Of a DNA stretch of 64,000 bases, positions 24,143 through 37,686 are shown in pieces (the first letter of the stretch is position 1; each line of letters starts with the position of its first letter). The stretch is from the NCBI GenBank assembly GCA_048772705.1, contig JBLWGC010000104.1:248001-312000 (forward strand). The letters are read 5' to 3'. The notes below the pieces were generated by a model. The model was not told the origin of the DNA. It made no database searches and worked only from the letters and a program-made list of their open reading frames with translations. The position numbers were made by a program, and so were the translations under genes. This DNA comes from Leidyana gryllorum EB-2025a. Taxonomy: Eukaryota; Protista; Apicomplexa.

Positions 24143-25771
24143 ATGAATTTGATGCAGTCGTGGCCGGGGAAGGGGCCGCAGACGTCGGGTCGTGGACCCC
24201 AAGATGACTTTCGATCGATTCTGAGGGATGAATTTTTGTGTATGTCAGTAGGGCTAGAGGGTAAAGAATTGCTGGAGAACTGCGCTTGTACACTTCCGCT
24301 CGCTGTGGAGGGGGATTTGAAAGCGTTCGAGAACTTTCGGTCCCAAGCGTCCGCTTTAATTGCCGCGGGGCATTGCCCCTTGGCGGTGGAGCCCACTTTG
24401 TATTTATTACAAGGTCTGCGAGCTGATGTAACTCAAGTTGTGGAAGCTCGCAAAGCACTCCTAAGCCTGGGCATTTCAAGGTAACGAGAGGGAGGGCATG
24501 CGTGTATGATCGATTGATTTTGTTCAGATACATTGACCTTATCGGACAGTCCGGTCAGATTCCTGGACAGCCCCGCGCAATCGCCTCGGTGTGCAGTCAA
24601 GCAGGCGTCCCTGAGGAACTGGTGGACCTTCGACATAAAATTGTACACAAGGAGCTTCCTGCTCTGGAAAGCTTAGAGTGAGTGCCGCTCCCCTTTTGCG
24701 AGAGGAAAGGTCGTCTCTGAGCTGTCCCCTTTATACTGAGTTTGCAGAACGGGAGGTTTATTGGCACTGCAACATGTCCTCAAGACATTCTGGCAGCCGC
24801 TGATCGCACATGGCGTGGATGAGCTTGGCGTAAAGGACACTGGAGTGGATCCAGGGCCGATGGTGGACGCATTACACCAAAGTTTGACTGTTATAAGTGA
24901 AGTTGCACCGCTGGTGGACTTCCACAAAGGAGGGTGGCTTGCGGAGCTGGAGTCGGCACCTTACAGAGGGCGCAAGATGAGAAAAGTCACTGGCGAAGGA
25001 TTGGCTTCATGGTGGAGTTCGTGGAGATCGACAGGTTGTCAGCGTGTCGAAGGGGCTGCGAGCGCGGTTGAGAAGAGCTTAACGTGCTACAATTGCTATT
25101 CTAAGCCCTCTTACTTTGACAACGTGCTTTGCGGCTACATCCTACCAGCGATGGGAGCGGATGTTTTGAGTGACCCATCGGGTGTGCTGGCAGGTGGTGA
25201 GAACGGTCTGGTGCCGCTGGAGTGTCTGATCACACGGTACTGGCTGATGCTGGTGATGACCCGAATGTCAAAGAAGGCGATTGAACGGTGAGTTGAGAGA
25301 GAAGAAAAGTGCGTGTGGACACACCGATTGTTGTTATGTTGCAGACTGAGCCAAAGCCTTTGGAAGCACGCGAAAGAAGTTTTGCAAGGGGAGGGACATC
25401 TTGCAGCTGACGTACACGATCGTTGGTGCCGATATCAACAGAGTGGGGATGGGCGTGGGAGACTGAGTCAGTGCTGGTGCCGTAACAAGGGTGGCAAGGG
25501 CTTGGAAATGAAAGGAAAAGCCTTGTTGTCCTGGCTGGTGATGTGTGTTGGTGGAGAGGCTGATGGTCGATTGAACGGCGTATTAGGTGTCCCAAGTGGC
25601 TGGCAGGCAGTGCAGCGTGTTGTGGCGTTGTCTTTACAGAATGAGTTCCGAAGTGTTGGCATTTTGTATGTGGAGATTATGGTGAAGGCCGCTCGGTCTG
25701 AATGCAGTGTGTTGGGGGGTTCAGCTGGTTTATTGGGGCTCATTCTAGAGCAGTTGCGAAATAATAACTAA
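24143..25771 (+). CDS. Hypothetical multi-exon helical protein
   Basis: Successive + ORFs (24125..24484, 24761..25291, 25313..25771) separated by GT..AG introns of about 50 nt. No family recognised. Confidence 0.55.
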
Positions 25772-25909
25772 TGAGAGAATTGGCTGGTCGGGCGGGATGG
25801 AAAATTTCGTGACGAAAATTTGCTGTGTAGCAGTGCGCGGGAGGCCTTGTTCAGAGTTTCTTGAGTGGATCAGACAAGGGCCTCTCGGTTGGGACGCTTC
25901 TTACTTCAG

Positions 25910-28900
25910 ATGCAGAAAGAGCTCCCTGTGGAGAGCTCCAGCTCCGGCAAACTGAATGCCGAAGCGCGCGCATTCGTGCCCACATCAGGGCAGGTATCCA
26001 ACGTGAGGATCACAGGCTACAATCTGCCCGCGTTTACCATGCTCGGTACTGGAGGATATACGATTGTTGGGCCTTACAACACACCAGTATCCGCGGAGAA
26101 GCGGCCATTGAATCCCGACGCTCCCGAATTCGTTCCAGCCAACCAACCTACTCAGCCAATCGTTCCGACTGAGGAGGCAGTTGTACATCCGCCCAACTTT
26201 GTGCACACGGGTGGTTTCCGCCCTCAGGCATTGGAAAAACGCCCCCCACAACAACCTGTGGTTGAGCCGCCTCGGCAATCTTACGCCGCCGTGGCAAAAG
26301 TGGCTCCCGTCAAAGAAGAGGAACCGCCAGTGACGCCAGCCACTGCTCCTGCTAAATCGGCTCCTACCCCCACTCCAGCTCCCGCTAACTCGACTACTAA
26401 CACTTCAACTACTGCTCGTCTCCCCTCTGCCGCCAAAGGCAAAACTCGTGCCAAACAGCCAAGACGTCCCACTCCGAGGACTGACCAAGACGAGCCCTCC
26501 GGCCGTCCGCCGCGCTCGGAAGTCTCAACTGCTGACTCTGTGCAGAAGCGGGCACCCAAGAAGGAAGCTGGCCGCAACAGGGAGCCCAAGGAGCATCGTG
26601 AACCCCGCGAACCCCGCGAACCTCGCGAACCCCGCGAACCTCGTGAGCCCCGTGAACAACGCGCTGGGCCGTCTACCAAAGAAGCTCCCGTAGCTGTCCC
26701 CTCGGCAGTTACGCCAGCAGCACCCGCTCCCGCTGCTCCCGCTCCTGCTGCAGCTCCCGCTCCCGCTGCCCCCGAGGTCCCCGTCGCCGCGGCTCCTCCT
26801 ACTCCTGCGCCTGCTGCTGTGGTCCCAGAGGCCCCTGCAGCTGTGGAGCCGAGCAGCATGGAGAGTCCAGCGGCAGTCACGAGTAGTCCCGCTGAGCCCA
26901 CGTCGCCAACTCGCATCGCAGCAAAGGGCGTGTGGGGCAAAGGGAACTCGAAAAATCTGTTCCAGCCCGGTCAGAAGATTCTGAAGGCTGAGCCGGAAGT
27001 CCGACCTGTGCACGTTGAGCCTCCTGCCAAGACCGCTGAAGCTCCGGCAGCTGCTCCCAAGTCTGCTCGTGAGGGCCAGCGCCGCGGAGGCACGAGAACG
27101 CGTGAGGGCGGTGCGACGGGTACGAATGCAACAAAGAGGGAAAGAGGTTCCGGCAAGGCGACCGAAGGTGGTACTACGCCCGTCTCCCGGTCCCGGGCCG
27201 GTGAGCCTCCGTCTGCCAAGAGAAACTTGATGGAGCCGTCTGCTAAGGAGAAAGAGAAACAACAGGCCAACGCTGCTACTGCTGGTGCCGAGTCGTCCAA
27301 AAAGGTAGCGGCCCCCGCCCCCAAGAAGAAGGAGGCCATTGCAGTCAGCAAAGCCCCGCCTGCTGCTGCTCCTGTGGAAGCACCCTCGAGTGAAAAGCGA
27401 GTTGCTGAGGAGAAAGTGACGCCAGCAGCAGCAGCTGCTGCCCCGGAAGTCACGCCGGAGATTGCGGCCCCATCGTCACCACCCCCGGCCGCCACACCAA
27501 TCGAGGAGTCGTCTGGGGAGAAGAAGAAAGCACTTGTCGAGTCTACAATCACTACCGAGAAGAAGCCAGTCGTTGAGAAGACCGCAGCACCTGTCGAGAC
27601 TGCTGCTCCCTCTGTGGCTGTCGCTGCACCGCTGCCAGTGGAGTCATCTCCGCCTGTAGACTCTACATCGTCCGTGTTAGAGAGCTCTCAGCAGGAGGAA
27701 GAGCCTTCCCCAGTCCAAGTGAAGGAAGCTGAGGCTCCAGTGGCAGTTGATGCTGCCGTTACGGGTGAAGCTCCCATCTCCGCTCCGTTGCTGAGCGTGG
27801 ACGAGGAGTTGACTGCCGATGACCGCTCGTTGACCCCGGCTGCCATGCCGGAGCGGCGCGTGGGCACCGCGCCTTTGAACTTCAAAGACTTCAAGGCGAA
27901 CGCCTGGGCGACCACTCCACGTATGCCACGTGTTGGTGTGAACAGGCTGTTCGACGCTATGCGTGACGGGCACAAGCTGCACAGCTTGGACAACGATGCC
28001 GCTGCGGCTCGTTCTGCCAAGGTGGCCTCGAGTCCAACCCCGTCCGAGACGCAGGCGGCAGTAGCTGAGGAGAGCAGCGAGGGCTGCGGTCCGATCCAGA
28101 GCGACCACTCCAGATATGGCAAACTTCGTTACCAGGTGGACGACCTTTTGTCTGTCCGGAACCACAAAGCCTGCACTCGTCTCACCAAGGAGCTGAAGGA
28201 CTCTCCGTATATCCAGTCGATCCTGAAGCGGGAAGGTCCTATCAGCAGAGGTCTCGACATTGAGGCCATTTATCGAAGCAAAGGCAATGCTGCTTCCGGA
28301 GCTTCGTCTATAAGTCGGGCGAATTTCTCTATGCCCTCGGCCCTCCGTAATGTCACCGGAGGCGCGTCGGGAAGCAATATTTTCGAATCGAGCGAGCACA
28401 TCTGGTCTTCAAAGGGCGGCCGCCCACTCAGCAGAGACGCACATACATCATCTTCACGGCCCTCGCCTACCGAGGAGTGGACTCGCTCTCAAAATCCTGC
28501 AACCAGACCCACACCACCTCCTCCCACTAATCTTCCACCACCTGAACTCCCTGAAGATTCATGGCAAGTCAAACAGAAGGAACAAAAGTCTGATGGGTAA
28601 GAAACCGGCAACAATATGTGTATGTCTTCAAACCTTTCCCCGCAGAGATCGCAGTGTGAAGCTCCTTCGACGTTTGCGTGCCCAGCTGAATAAAATGACT
28701 CCGGCTACCTTTGAGACGATCTACGAGGCCGTATTGGGTATCGGTATTGAGACTCCTGAAGAGGCTGAGCAATTCGTTAATTTGATATTCGAGAAGGCCA
28801 TCACCAATCACGCCTACATTCAGGTAGGGATTGATTGTCTTCGTCCAAGTGTTCACTCATACTTTTTTCACTTGAATAGATGTACGCGGAGGTGTGTGCC

Positions 28901-29569
28901 AAGCTGGAGGAAGATTTGTCCAAGAAGGGAGTATTCGCTTCTGACGGAGATAACCCAATGAACTTCCGACGTCTGCTGTTGCAGTGTTGTCAGACCGCAT
29001 ACACAATGAATGTTGAGAAGGACTTCGTACCTCCTGAGGGTGCCGATGGTAAGTCACTGACTGACTGACTGAGCAATCAAACTCTGCAGAGGAAGAGACC
29101 TTCGAGGCACTGCTGAAACACAAGGCGAAAATGAAGGGAAACCTTATGTTTGTCGGCACATTGGCTTCAAATCACTTGATCAGCCATTCGGTCGTTGTCA
29201 TGTGTGTTGAGCAGCTCTTGGGCAGCCGCAAGAGTTTGCAACTCGAGGCTCTGGCCGCCTTCTTGCCTGGCATCAAAGGCCGCATGTCTCAGTCCAACAA
29301 GTTCAAGACGGCCTTTGCCAGTCTACTCGAGGAGGTAAAGGTGGTTTCCGAAGACCCTAACATTGAACACCGGATACAATGTCTGCTGAAAGTAAGACTT
29401 TCCCCCCCTACATATATATATATTCAACTAATAACAGGATGTCATTGAAGAACGGGGCACAGCTGCCGCCCCGGGTCCCGTAGGCGGTCAACGCAACATT
29501 GCCCCACGGCCCCCTACTTATGAAGGATTCACCAGTGTTGCCCCCAGCAGAACTAGGTTCAGGAAGTGA
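25910..29569 (+). CDS. EIF4G: eIF4G-like scaffold (2x PAM2, eIF4E-binding motif, MIF4G)
   Basis: PAM2 motifs KLNAEARAFVP and PLNPDAPEFVP. YQVDDLL fits YxxxxL-phi. MIF4G hallmarks LNKMTPATF, LIFEKAI...YIQMYAEVC, FRRLLLQCCQ, KGNLMFVG and RIQCLLKDVIE lie across short introns. Confidence 0.85.
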
Positions 29570-29636
29570 ATTGATTGAGAGAGTGAGTTGGTGACGACAA
29601 CCATTCCATTTTTCCCCCTCGCAGAAGTACCCAAAA

Positions 29637-30512
29637 TTAAGAACTGGCTGGCTGAGCCTTGAGGAAGGAACTGAGCATGCCTACTAGCCCACCCGCTTCT
29701 GATTTTATGTCAAAGTACTTGGCACCAATTGCGGCCTGTAACTTCTGTAATCCTGGATCCGTACGAAGGATCAGTGCATACTTGCGGTTTAACAGCTCGA
29801 ATAACTCTACACAGTCGTACTTGCACGCAGCAGTCACCAGATGCGCGTACTGCAACGGAGCCGGAACATCAGCCGAGTTAAAGTCAACCTCAGGCAACTT
29901 CTCCAACAACTCCTCCGCTGAACCAACTCGCCCCTTATATAGTAGAATCATCACCAACCGCAATGTGAAGAAATGCTTCTCAGACGGATACCCCTGCTTC
30001 TGCCACTCAATCAACATATCCTTCATCATCTCTACATCGTTGCAGAATACAATGTGGCCTTGAGCACCCCCGTAATTACCCTCATCAAAGTATGCACTCG
30101 CCATCAATGAATGTAGCATTGTAGAACCTGAGCCTGCTTGTGCAGGATCCTCACGAACCGAAGAACATTGCTTAGACCACTCAATCAGACGATTCATGAA
30201 CTCATACTTGCTCTTCGTGCTCCCTGGAGGACACATCAGAAAGAATGCTGACAGCTGCTCCAATAAATCATCCGTCGGCTCAACCTCCGCCGTCTGCAGC
30301 AACTGCAAAGCCCGCTGACCCAATTTTACAGTCAGTTCATACTGCTCTTTGTCTGCCAGAAGCGCACCATACTTCTCAGCGAAGTCTAAGCCCCCTTTGA
30401 TGTCTTGACGCTTCGCATAGCGGTCGAACAACGCTCTGGACAACTGTAGGGCCTCGTAGTACGCGCCCTGCGCGATTTTGGAGTCAATATTCCGCAGTGT
30501 GCGCTTCTCCAT
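29637..30512 (-). CDS. GET4: Golgi-to-ER traffic protein 4 (GET4/TRC35)
   Basis: GAYYEALQLSRALFDRY, IEWS...G...LH...A..YF.EGNY..AQ.H, GYPSEKHF and IG.KYF ... GLVGMLSSF. Intronless. Confidence 0.9.
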   Translation of the reverse strand: MEKRTLRNIDSKIAQGAYYEALQLSRALFDRYAKRQDIKGGLDFAEKYGALLADKEQYELTVKLGQRALQLLQTAEVEPTDDLLEQLSAFFLMCPPGSTKSKYEFMNRLIEWSKQCSSVREDPAQAGSGSTMLHSLMASAYFDEGNYGGAQGHIVFCNDVEMMKDMLIEWQKQGYPSEKHFFTLRLVMILLYKGRVGSAEELLEKLPEVDFNSADVPAPLQYAHLVTAACKYDCVELFELLNRKYALILRTDPGLQKLQAAIGAKYFDIKSEAGGLVGMLSSFLKAQPASS

Positions 30513-30777
30513 CACCACGGGTGCGCCGAAGGTGTTTGTTTTTATACCGCACACACTTTCTTTCTACGCTGCTCAATTTACGTGCAACCCCATAACTTTC
30601 ACAACAGACCGCATCTGATGGACTTGGACTCTACTAGTGGAATACGAAGGCTCAGAAGTGTCCGCTGCGGTGCTTTCTGCCCCCTTACATCAATAGAACT
30701 CCAGCGCCCACAGGTTGAACTCACCACCGCCCCCTTCGGTCCCTGACGGATGAGCTGAGTGCTGATCAGCCTGCTGG

Positions 30778-31134
30778 ATGACCACAATGTCTCACGTTGC
30801 CCCCTACCTCGTTCCTGATCCCACTGAGCACCTTCTAGTGCTAGACTGCGACTGTGCAAGGTGCGCCGTACAGGTGTCGTCTGTGCCAATGGAGCAGATG
30901 CAGCGGCCTTTTGCTGCGATCACAGGCTGTGGAAGGAGCCTTGCTTGTGACTGCTCTAACTGCCGCCGCGTAGTTACAGATTGTTTCCGTTGGACTAAGT
31001 TGGCGTTGAAACGCCAGCCTTCCCTGGTGAAGAAGCATCCGCGCCGCACTTCTCAAGAGCCTCCCGAGGAGGAGAACCAGCACCCAAATGCTATGAAGGC
31101 TAAGCGAGGTCGTTCGAAGTGGCTACGCCCATAG
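30778..31134 (+). CDS. Small Cys-rich hypothetical protein (start uncertain)
   Basis: ORF with CDCARC and CDCSNC Cys clusters filling the gap between GET4 and the SET gene. Confidence 0.35.
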   Translation: MTTMSHVAPYLVPDPTEHLLVLDCDCARCAVQVSSVPMEQMQRPFAAITGCGRSLACDCSNCRRVVTDCFRWTKLALKRQPSLVKKHPRRTSQEPPEEENQHPNAMKAKRGRSKWLRP

Positions 31135-31188
31135 CTTTATACGTGCTTCTGCATGAAGTGGTGAAAAAGAAGGTGGAAATTTTGTGAT

Positions 31189-33375
31189 ATGCTTTTCGAT
31201 CTCCAGGACCAGCTGATACCTGATAGACCTCCGACTGAGCTTGTGGGGCCAATATCGGACATCGAGAAGTCGTTTCTAGAGCAGCATGAGGCGTTGGAGC
31301 TTTTCGAGCGGGAGCTGAACTTCAATGGTCTTATCAAAGAGGTAAAAGTGCGTGAAGATAACAGCACGCCGCCAAAAAAGGCTTCTGTAAAGGAGTCTCT
31401 TGAGGTAACCTTGAGCGACTTAAAGGAGGTGGAGGACAACTGGGTGCTCTATGAAGGCGTCCGGCTGGACCTCCGGATTGCCTCTGACATTCAGATTGCA
31501 CATATGGGCCCAATGTGTTTGACAAAGGACTCAGAACAGAGAGGGGTACGGGTTGTGTTCACTTCCTTTGGGAACGAAGCGGCTCCTATGCTATGTAAAG
31601 GGACTTATATCACCCTGACCACGTTCGAGTTGGATCGGCGTGATCCATCTCTTCCATTTTTGAGAGTGATGGGTCCGCAAGGGGTTGTGTTCCCACCGAA
31701 GGCCAATGATTTGCTGACTCGTGAGGGTTGGTTACGAGAGGCATCTCGTCACCACGAGACTAAGAACTATCGGATGGCATCATACTGTTACTCGCAAGTG
31801 TTGATGGCTGAGCAAGACAGTAAAAAGTCTGTTGTGGTGTCCAATCAGGTGGCAACGACGGGATTGGGTATATGTGCGTTGCATTTGGGGAATTATGAGA
31901 TGGTTTTGCGTCTCACCGAGCCATCTGAGTGTGGGCTTCCAGATGCAACACGTCGTACATTACGGTCTGACGCTTACTGGCGGCTGCGTGAGTACGATCT
32001 GGCTTTGGGGGAATTGACGGCACCTGATGATACTGAGCGACTTGAGGCGATGAAGATGTTGTTGACGCAGGACCTGGAGATTGCAAGTCAGCTACACCTC
32101 AGTCTGAGCGGTGCTGTGTTGCCCGATCGATTGGAGAAGGTGCGAGTGTTGGAAGACCAGCATCAGGTTTTGGCTGCGTGCGACTTGAAGGCTGGCGACA
32201 TTGTGATGGTAGAGACAGCATTGGCAGGAACGAATGCCACTAATTCGGCTGGCACCGCGTCAGAAGACGATGAGGACGAGGATAAGTCCTCTTCTGAAGG
32301 CGAGGGTAAATTGGGTGTTCTGTGGAATATCCCAAATTCGGAGTTATTCATACGCTCAACGTCACCAAAAGGAGACATATCAGGGCCGTCGCCTTTGGGG
32401 GAGACGATGGAATGGATTCAATATTACAATCCCAAAAAATGGGGTGATCTACAATCGCGAATGCCGGTCGCCCGGGGTACTGAGGCGTACTGGTTGCCAA
32501 TCTACCAGCAAGTTCTCTCACAGCTTTTGGATGAGCCTTCCCATCGCAAGTTCGTTGATGGCTATGGCCTCGGCGGAGATGCAGAGGTTGGCATATTCAA
32601 TGCTCTAAATCATATAGAACCTCGATGTGAGGGTAACGTCGACATTCTGTTCGTTGGACGTACTGCTCTGGTACGCGCGATCCGAGACATCGCTGCTGAG
32701 GAACCTTTAACCTGCTACCTGGCGCCGACCGAATTTCGTGGCGAATGGGTTTCGAACGCCGATCGTCAGGTTGCTCGCAAGACTCGCGGGTACACCACAG
32801 ACTGTACTTGCAGCATTTGTGGATTCGATCGTGAACACCCAGAGTGTGATGTGTACGACAAATTAGCCAAAGCACTGCTCCGCGAACAATACGACTCGGC
32901 TCTTGGCGAGCTCGAGGGCGGCTATGACTCCAGCGACGACGACGACGAGGACGGCGCGAACTCAGCAGCAGAGCAATCCCGCACCGGAGAGTATGACGCT
33001 GTTTATGATCAATACTGGAATCTCGCCGATACCCTCGAAAGCCTGTACGAAGAGCATAAGAGACCTGTCACTGGCCGGGCGCTCTTCTTCCGTGCTCTCC
33101 GCGGCTGCATGATTGCTGCACGCCTCGGAGATTTGCCTTCGGAGAGATTGACAAAAGCTGCTGACAGACTGTACAAGTATTTCAAATCACTCGACATTGA
33201 CATACTCCAGCTTCCAGTTTACCATTCTGAAATCATTGAGGCTGCTTCTCACCTTCCTCAGCAACAACAAGCAGCTCAAACACTCCTATATCGCTATTAT
33301 GGACTGGGACCTGATTACTACCAGGTCATTTACAAGGAGAGTGCTGACGATAATACTGCTCCCAACTCTAACTAG
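31189..33375 (+). CDS. TPR + SET-domain (SMYD-like) lysine methyltransferase
   Basis: TPR-like helices (A..CY.Q.L; G.CALHLGNY). Split SET: VLAACDLKAGDIVMVE ... GIFNALNH..CEGN...VRAIRDIAAEEPLTCY. Post-SET CTCSIC. Confidence 0.75.
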   Translation: MLFDLQDQLIPDRPPTELVGPISDIEKSFLEQHEALELFERELNFNGLIKEVKVREDNSTPPKKASVKESLEVTLSDLKEVEDNWVLYEGVRLDLRIASDIQIAHMGPMCLTKDSEQRGVRVVFTSFGNEAAPMLCKGTYITLTTFELDRRDPSLPFLRVMGPQGVVFPPKANDLLTREGWLREASRHHETKNYRMASYCYSQVLMAEQDSKKSVVVSNQVATTGLGICALHLGNYEMVLRLTEPSECGLPDATRRTLRSDAYWRLREYDLALGELTAPDDTERLEAMKMLLTQDLEIASQLHLSLSGAVLPDRLEKVRVLEDQHQVLAACDLKAGDIVMVETALAGTNATNSAGTASEDDEDEDKSSSEGEGKLGVLWNIPNSELFIRSTSPKGDISGPSPLGETMEWIQYYNPKKWGDLQSRMPVARGTEAYWLPIYQQVLSQLLDEPSHRKFVDGYGLGGDAEVGIFNALNHIEPRCEGNVDILFVGRTALVRAIRDIAAEEPLTCYLAPTEFRGEWVSNADRQVARKTRGYTTDCTCSICGFDREHPECDVYDKLAKALLREQYDSALGELEGGYDSSDDDDEDGANSAAEQSRTGEYDAVYDQYWNLADTLESLYEEHKRPVTGRALFFRALRGCMIAARLGDLPSERLTKAADRLYKYFKSLDIDILQLPVYHSEIIEAASHLPQQQQAAQTLLYRYYGLGPDYYQVIYKESADDNTAPNSN

Positions 33376-35912
33376 TCGCTTCTGACCCCCAACAGACTGC
33401 TTATAATGTCTCTGTACCTCTTGATTTCTATCGGTGTCCCCCATCGTGTGCTCAGAACGCTTGCTAGCCGATCTTCGCTTTGCTTTTCGCCGATGTCCAA
33501 CTTGCGCAAATTCACCAAAGACAGAGCAGGACCATCACCTGAAACAATTATACTCATTACATCAACATAAAACTCACCAAGCATACGCAATGCCCCCTCG
33601 TCTCCAGTTACACGTACTTGACCATCGAAATGCCATAATTTCACATCCCGACTTCTCTGCAAGTCCCGCAACTGTACCTTGATCTGCTCCGCTGCTGTGC
33701 GGTTTCGCAACAACTGGGACCCCTTGGCGTAAACCATAACTTCTCTTAAATAGTCATTCCGCAACACCACACCGCTGCGACTCATACTCAGTCCCCTCAT
33801 TGCAGATATCAACTCTGTGTGGGCAAGTGTCGACTCTGGGAAGCCTACGAACCAGCAAACAATCGGAGTAAAGCAAAGTCGACATGTGGATGATGTAGTT
33901 CACACACACGTGTGCGTCCATCATCCGCGAGACACCTAGATCCCACTTTGACTCACCACAACGATCCAAGAGTTCGGGCAGCTTTTGCATATTGAGTATC
34001 CCAGAGTCATCACCCACAGTCTCATCGAACCGCTCTTTGAAGCTTTGTTCCAACCACTCGATGGCCGATGTCTTCACCACATTGGTGTCAAGCGACCAAG
34101 CCAGAGTGAAATGATCCCCACACGCAAGCACCCATACAGGATAAATTGGTTCTTTGAGGAAACTCCCCACTTCACAATACCTCAAAGCCTCCATTTCCGC
34201 GAGATAACCAACCAAGGCAGTTCGGGGTACCCCTCTGCACAACAATGAATGGAAAGACACATGCCTTGCACAACAACTCACTTGAGTACACAGACCTCCA
34301 CATTTGCGCTACCTCGAGCAGCAGCAGCCTCGTCGATCAGAGCAGTGTCACCATTGAACAAATTGGAAGTCGCTCTTCCAACCAACATGAGATTGACCAT
34401 CTCCTAATGCACGACCCGAGTATATTCACGCATTCACTTTAGAATAGGGCGACATACCTGGTTGCAGTGCCCAAACATTCCAATCAAGCTGCGATCCGAT
34501 TCCCCCTCGAAATCCTCTTGCTGGAGTCTTTTGACTCCTCGACTCGCTATGAGTGATAAGAGGAGGTTAAGGGCTCCGCTGACCCTGGGTGCGCAGAACA
34601 AGACGGGTTGGTTCCGATAGATCCATCGTGTACACTCGTGATAATTGGAAAAGGTCTTTTGATAGAGCGTGAGAGAAGACAGAAGCGGTGTCCAAGATTG
34701 ATTAGTGGGACTCATATTGCAGTCGTCGGTCATCTCGATGTACTGCCCGATGGACTGCTCAGACAGACTCATAGGAGGATTCGCTTCTCTGTATGGCTCC
34801 AACCAACAGACCTTGATATCCTCTCCTTCAGACGCTTGCATGAGCACCAGAGCGATTGCCTCAGCAAAGGCCTGGCGTACTCTGCCCGCAGGTCCGAAAT
34901 ATCGGACACGGAGATCCTCGTCTTCCGTGGCAAATTTGGGGTCTCCTTCGGTGGGGAAGAGCACGCGGGAGAGTATTATAGCCTGGAGGACGGCGAGGAG
35001 GCCACAGGGGCCTCCGGTGAGTTGTAGGAGTGTATATGGGGTGGTGACTTGAGGATTGAAGAGCAGAGGATGTCTTAGCCTGTGAAGAGGAAGTATGATG
35101 CGTATGGAGTGGTATTGAAAGGGTGTGTACTAACCACCGGAGTACATTTGAGGTTCGAACGTTAGACGTAGTGCCTTCTATGCCAAAAGCTATCCTGTAG
35201 AGTGCGTCGCGATGTGCGGTGGGCACTGGTTTCATGTCCAACGCAGCTATGTGCTTCGTGTAGGCAGCGAAGTTGTTATCTGATAGCTCGGTATAGTACT
35301 GCTTGAGGTTAAAGGGCATAACGCCAGGGTCCGTGTCGTCTCCCCAATAGGTGGAGGTGACCAGTCTTTTCAGGGCATCTTCGTCCCCGGCTGTAAAGGG
35401 AACCGGGAATGTGATACTTCCAGGTTCCAGTCCCAGCAGGGGACTGAGGTCCTTGGGATAAGGTGTGTTGGCACGGAGTGCTTGACGGAAGACTTTTTCT
35501 CGGAGGTCGACTGTGGTCATATTAACAACGGGAACACCGGGTGGAAGGGGGGGCGCGGCATCGCCCCCGATATCGATTAGGGAGGCTGCGATGGCCCGTT
35601 GTATATCACGCTCTTCAGAATTGACTACTTCACCGGGTGCCGCATCCTGAAGGGCCAAGACGGGAGCACTTGATCCCTCGGCTGAGTCCTCGAAGGTACG
35701 GGAGGGTGTGGGATCGGGCTCCATCCGTGACATCTTAACTGCAAGTTCTAGCTCCTCAGGTACCAAGCCTAACTCGACCGCTATAGCTGTTCGCTCATCA
35801 GCATCGTTTGGGATTGATCGTGACCCATCATCGTCCTGCTGGTGTGATGGTGATTTGGAGCGCGCCACCCAACTGTGTGACTTACCGACCCACCATTTTC
35901 TCGACTGTTCAT
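33372..35912 (-). CDS. MINDY-3/4 (FAM188) family K48 deubiquitinase with N-terminal UIMs
   Basis: GGPCG catalytic Cys (~35001-35015), LLSLIASRG, GHCNQ and GYL..EALRYCEVGSFLKEPIYPVWVLACGDHFTL (catalytic His). UIM-like EELELAVKMS and EERDIQRAIAASL. First intron 35836-35885. Confidence 0.85.
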
Positions 35913-35933
35913 TGCCAAAAGATTTGTGCTACG

Positions 35934-37601
<1,668 letters not shown>

Positions 37602-37686
37602 AAAGACGATACACATCGCTACACTCCTCGTTCTCTGTTCATTAAGCCACCCCCCACTTCAGTACTATATCAACGTCATCCGCCTT

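Noticed and set aside
26281-28399. Several long - strand ORFs opposite eIF4G (also 51653..52444 and 55315..55794)
   Set aside because: Antisense to GC-rich low-complexity coding sequence, with no domain features.
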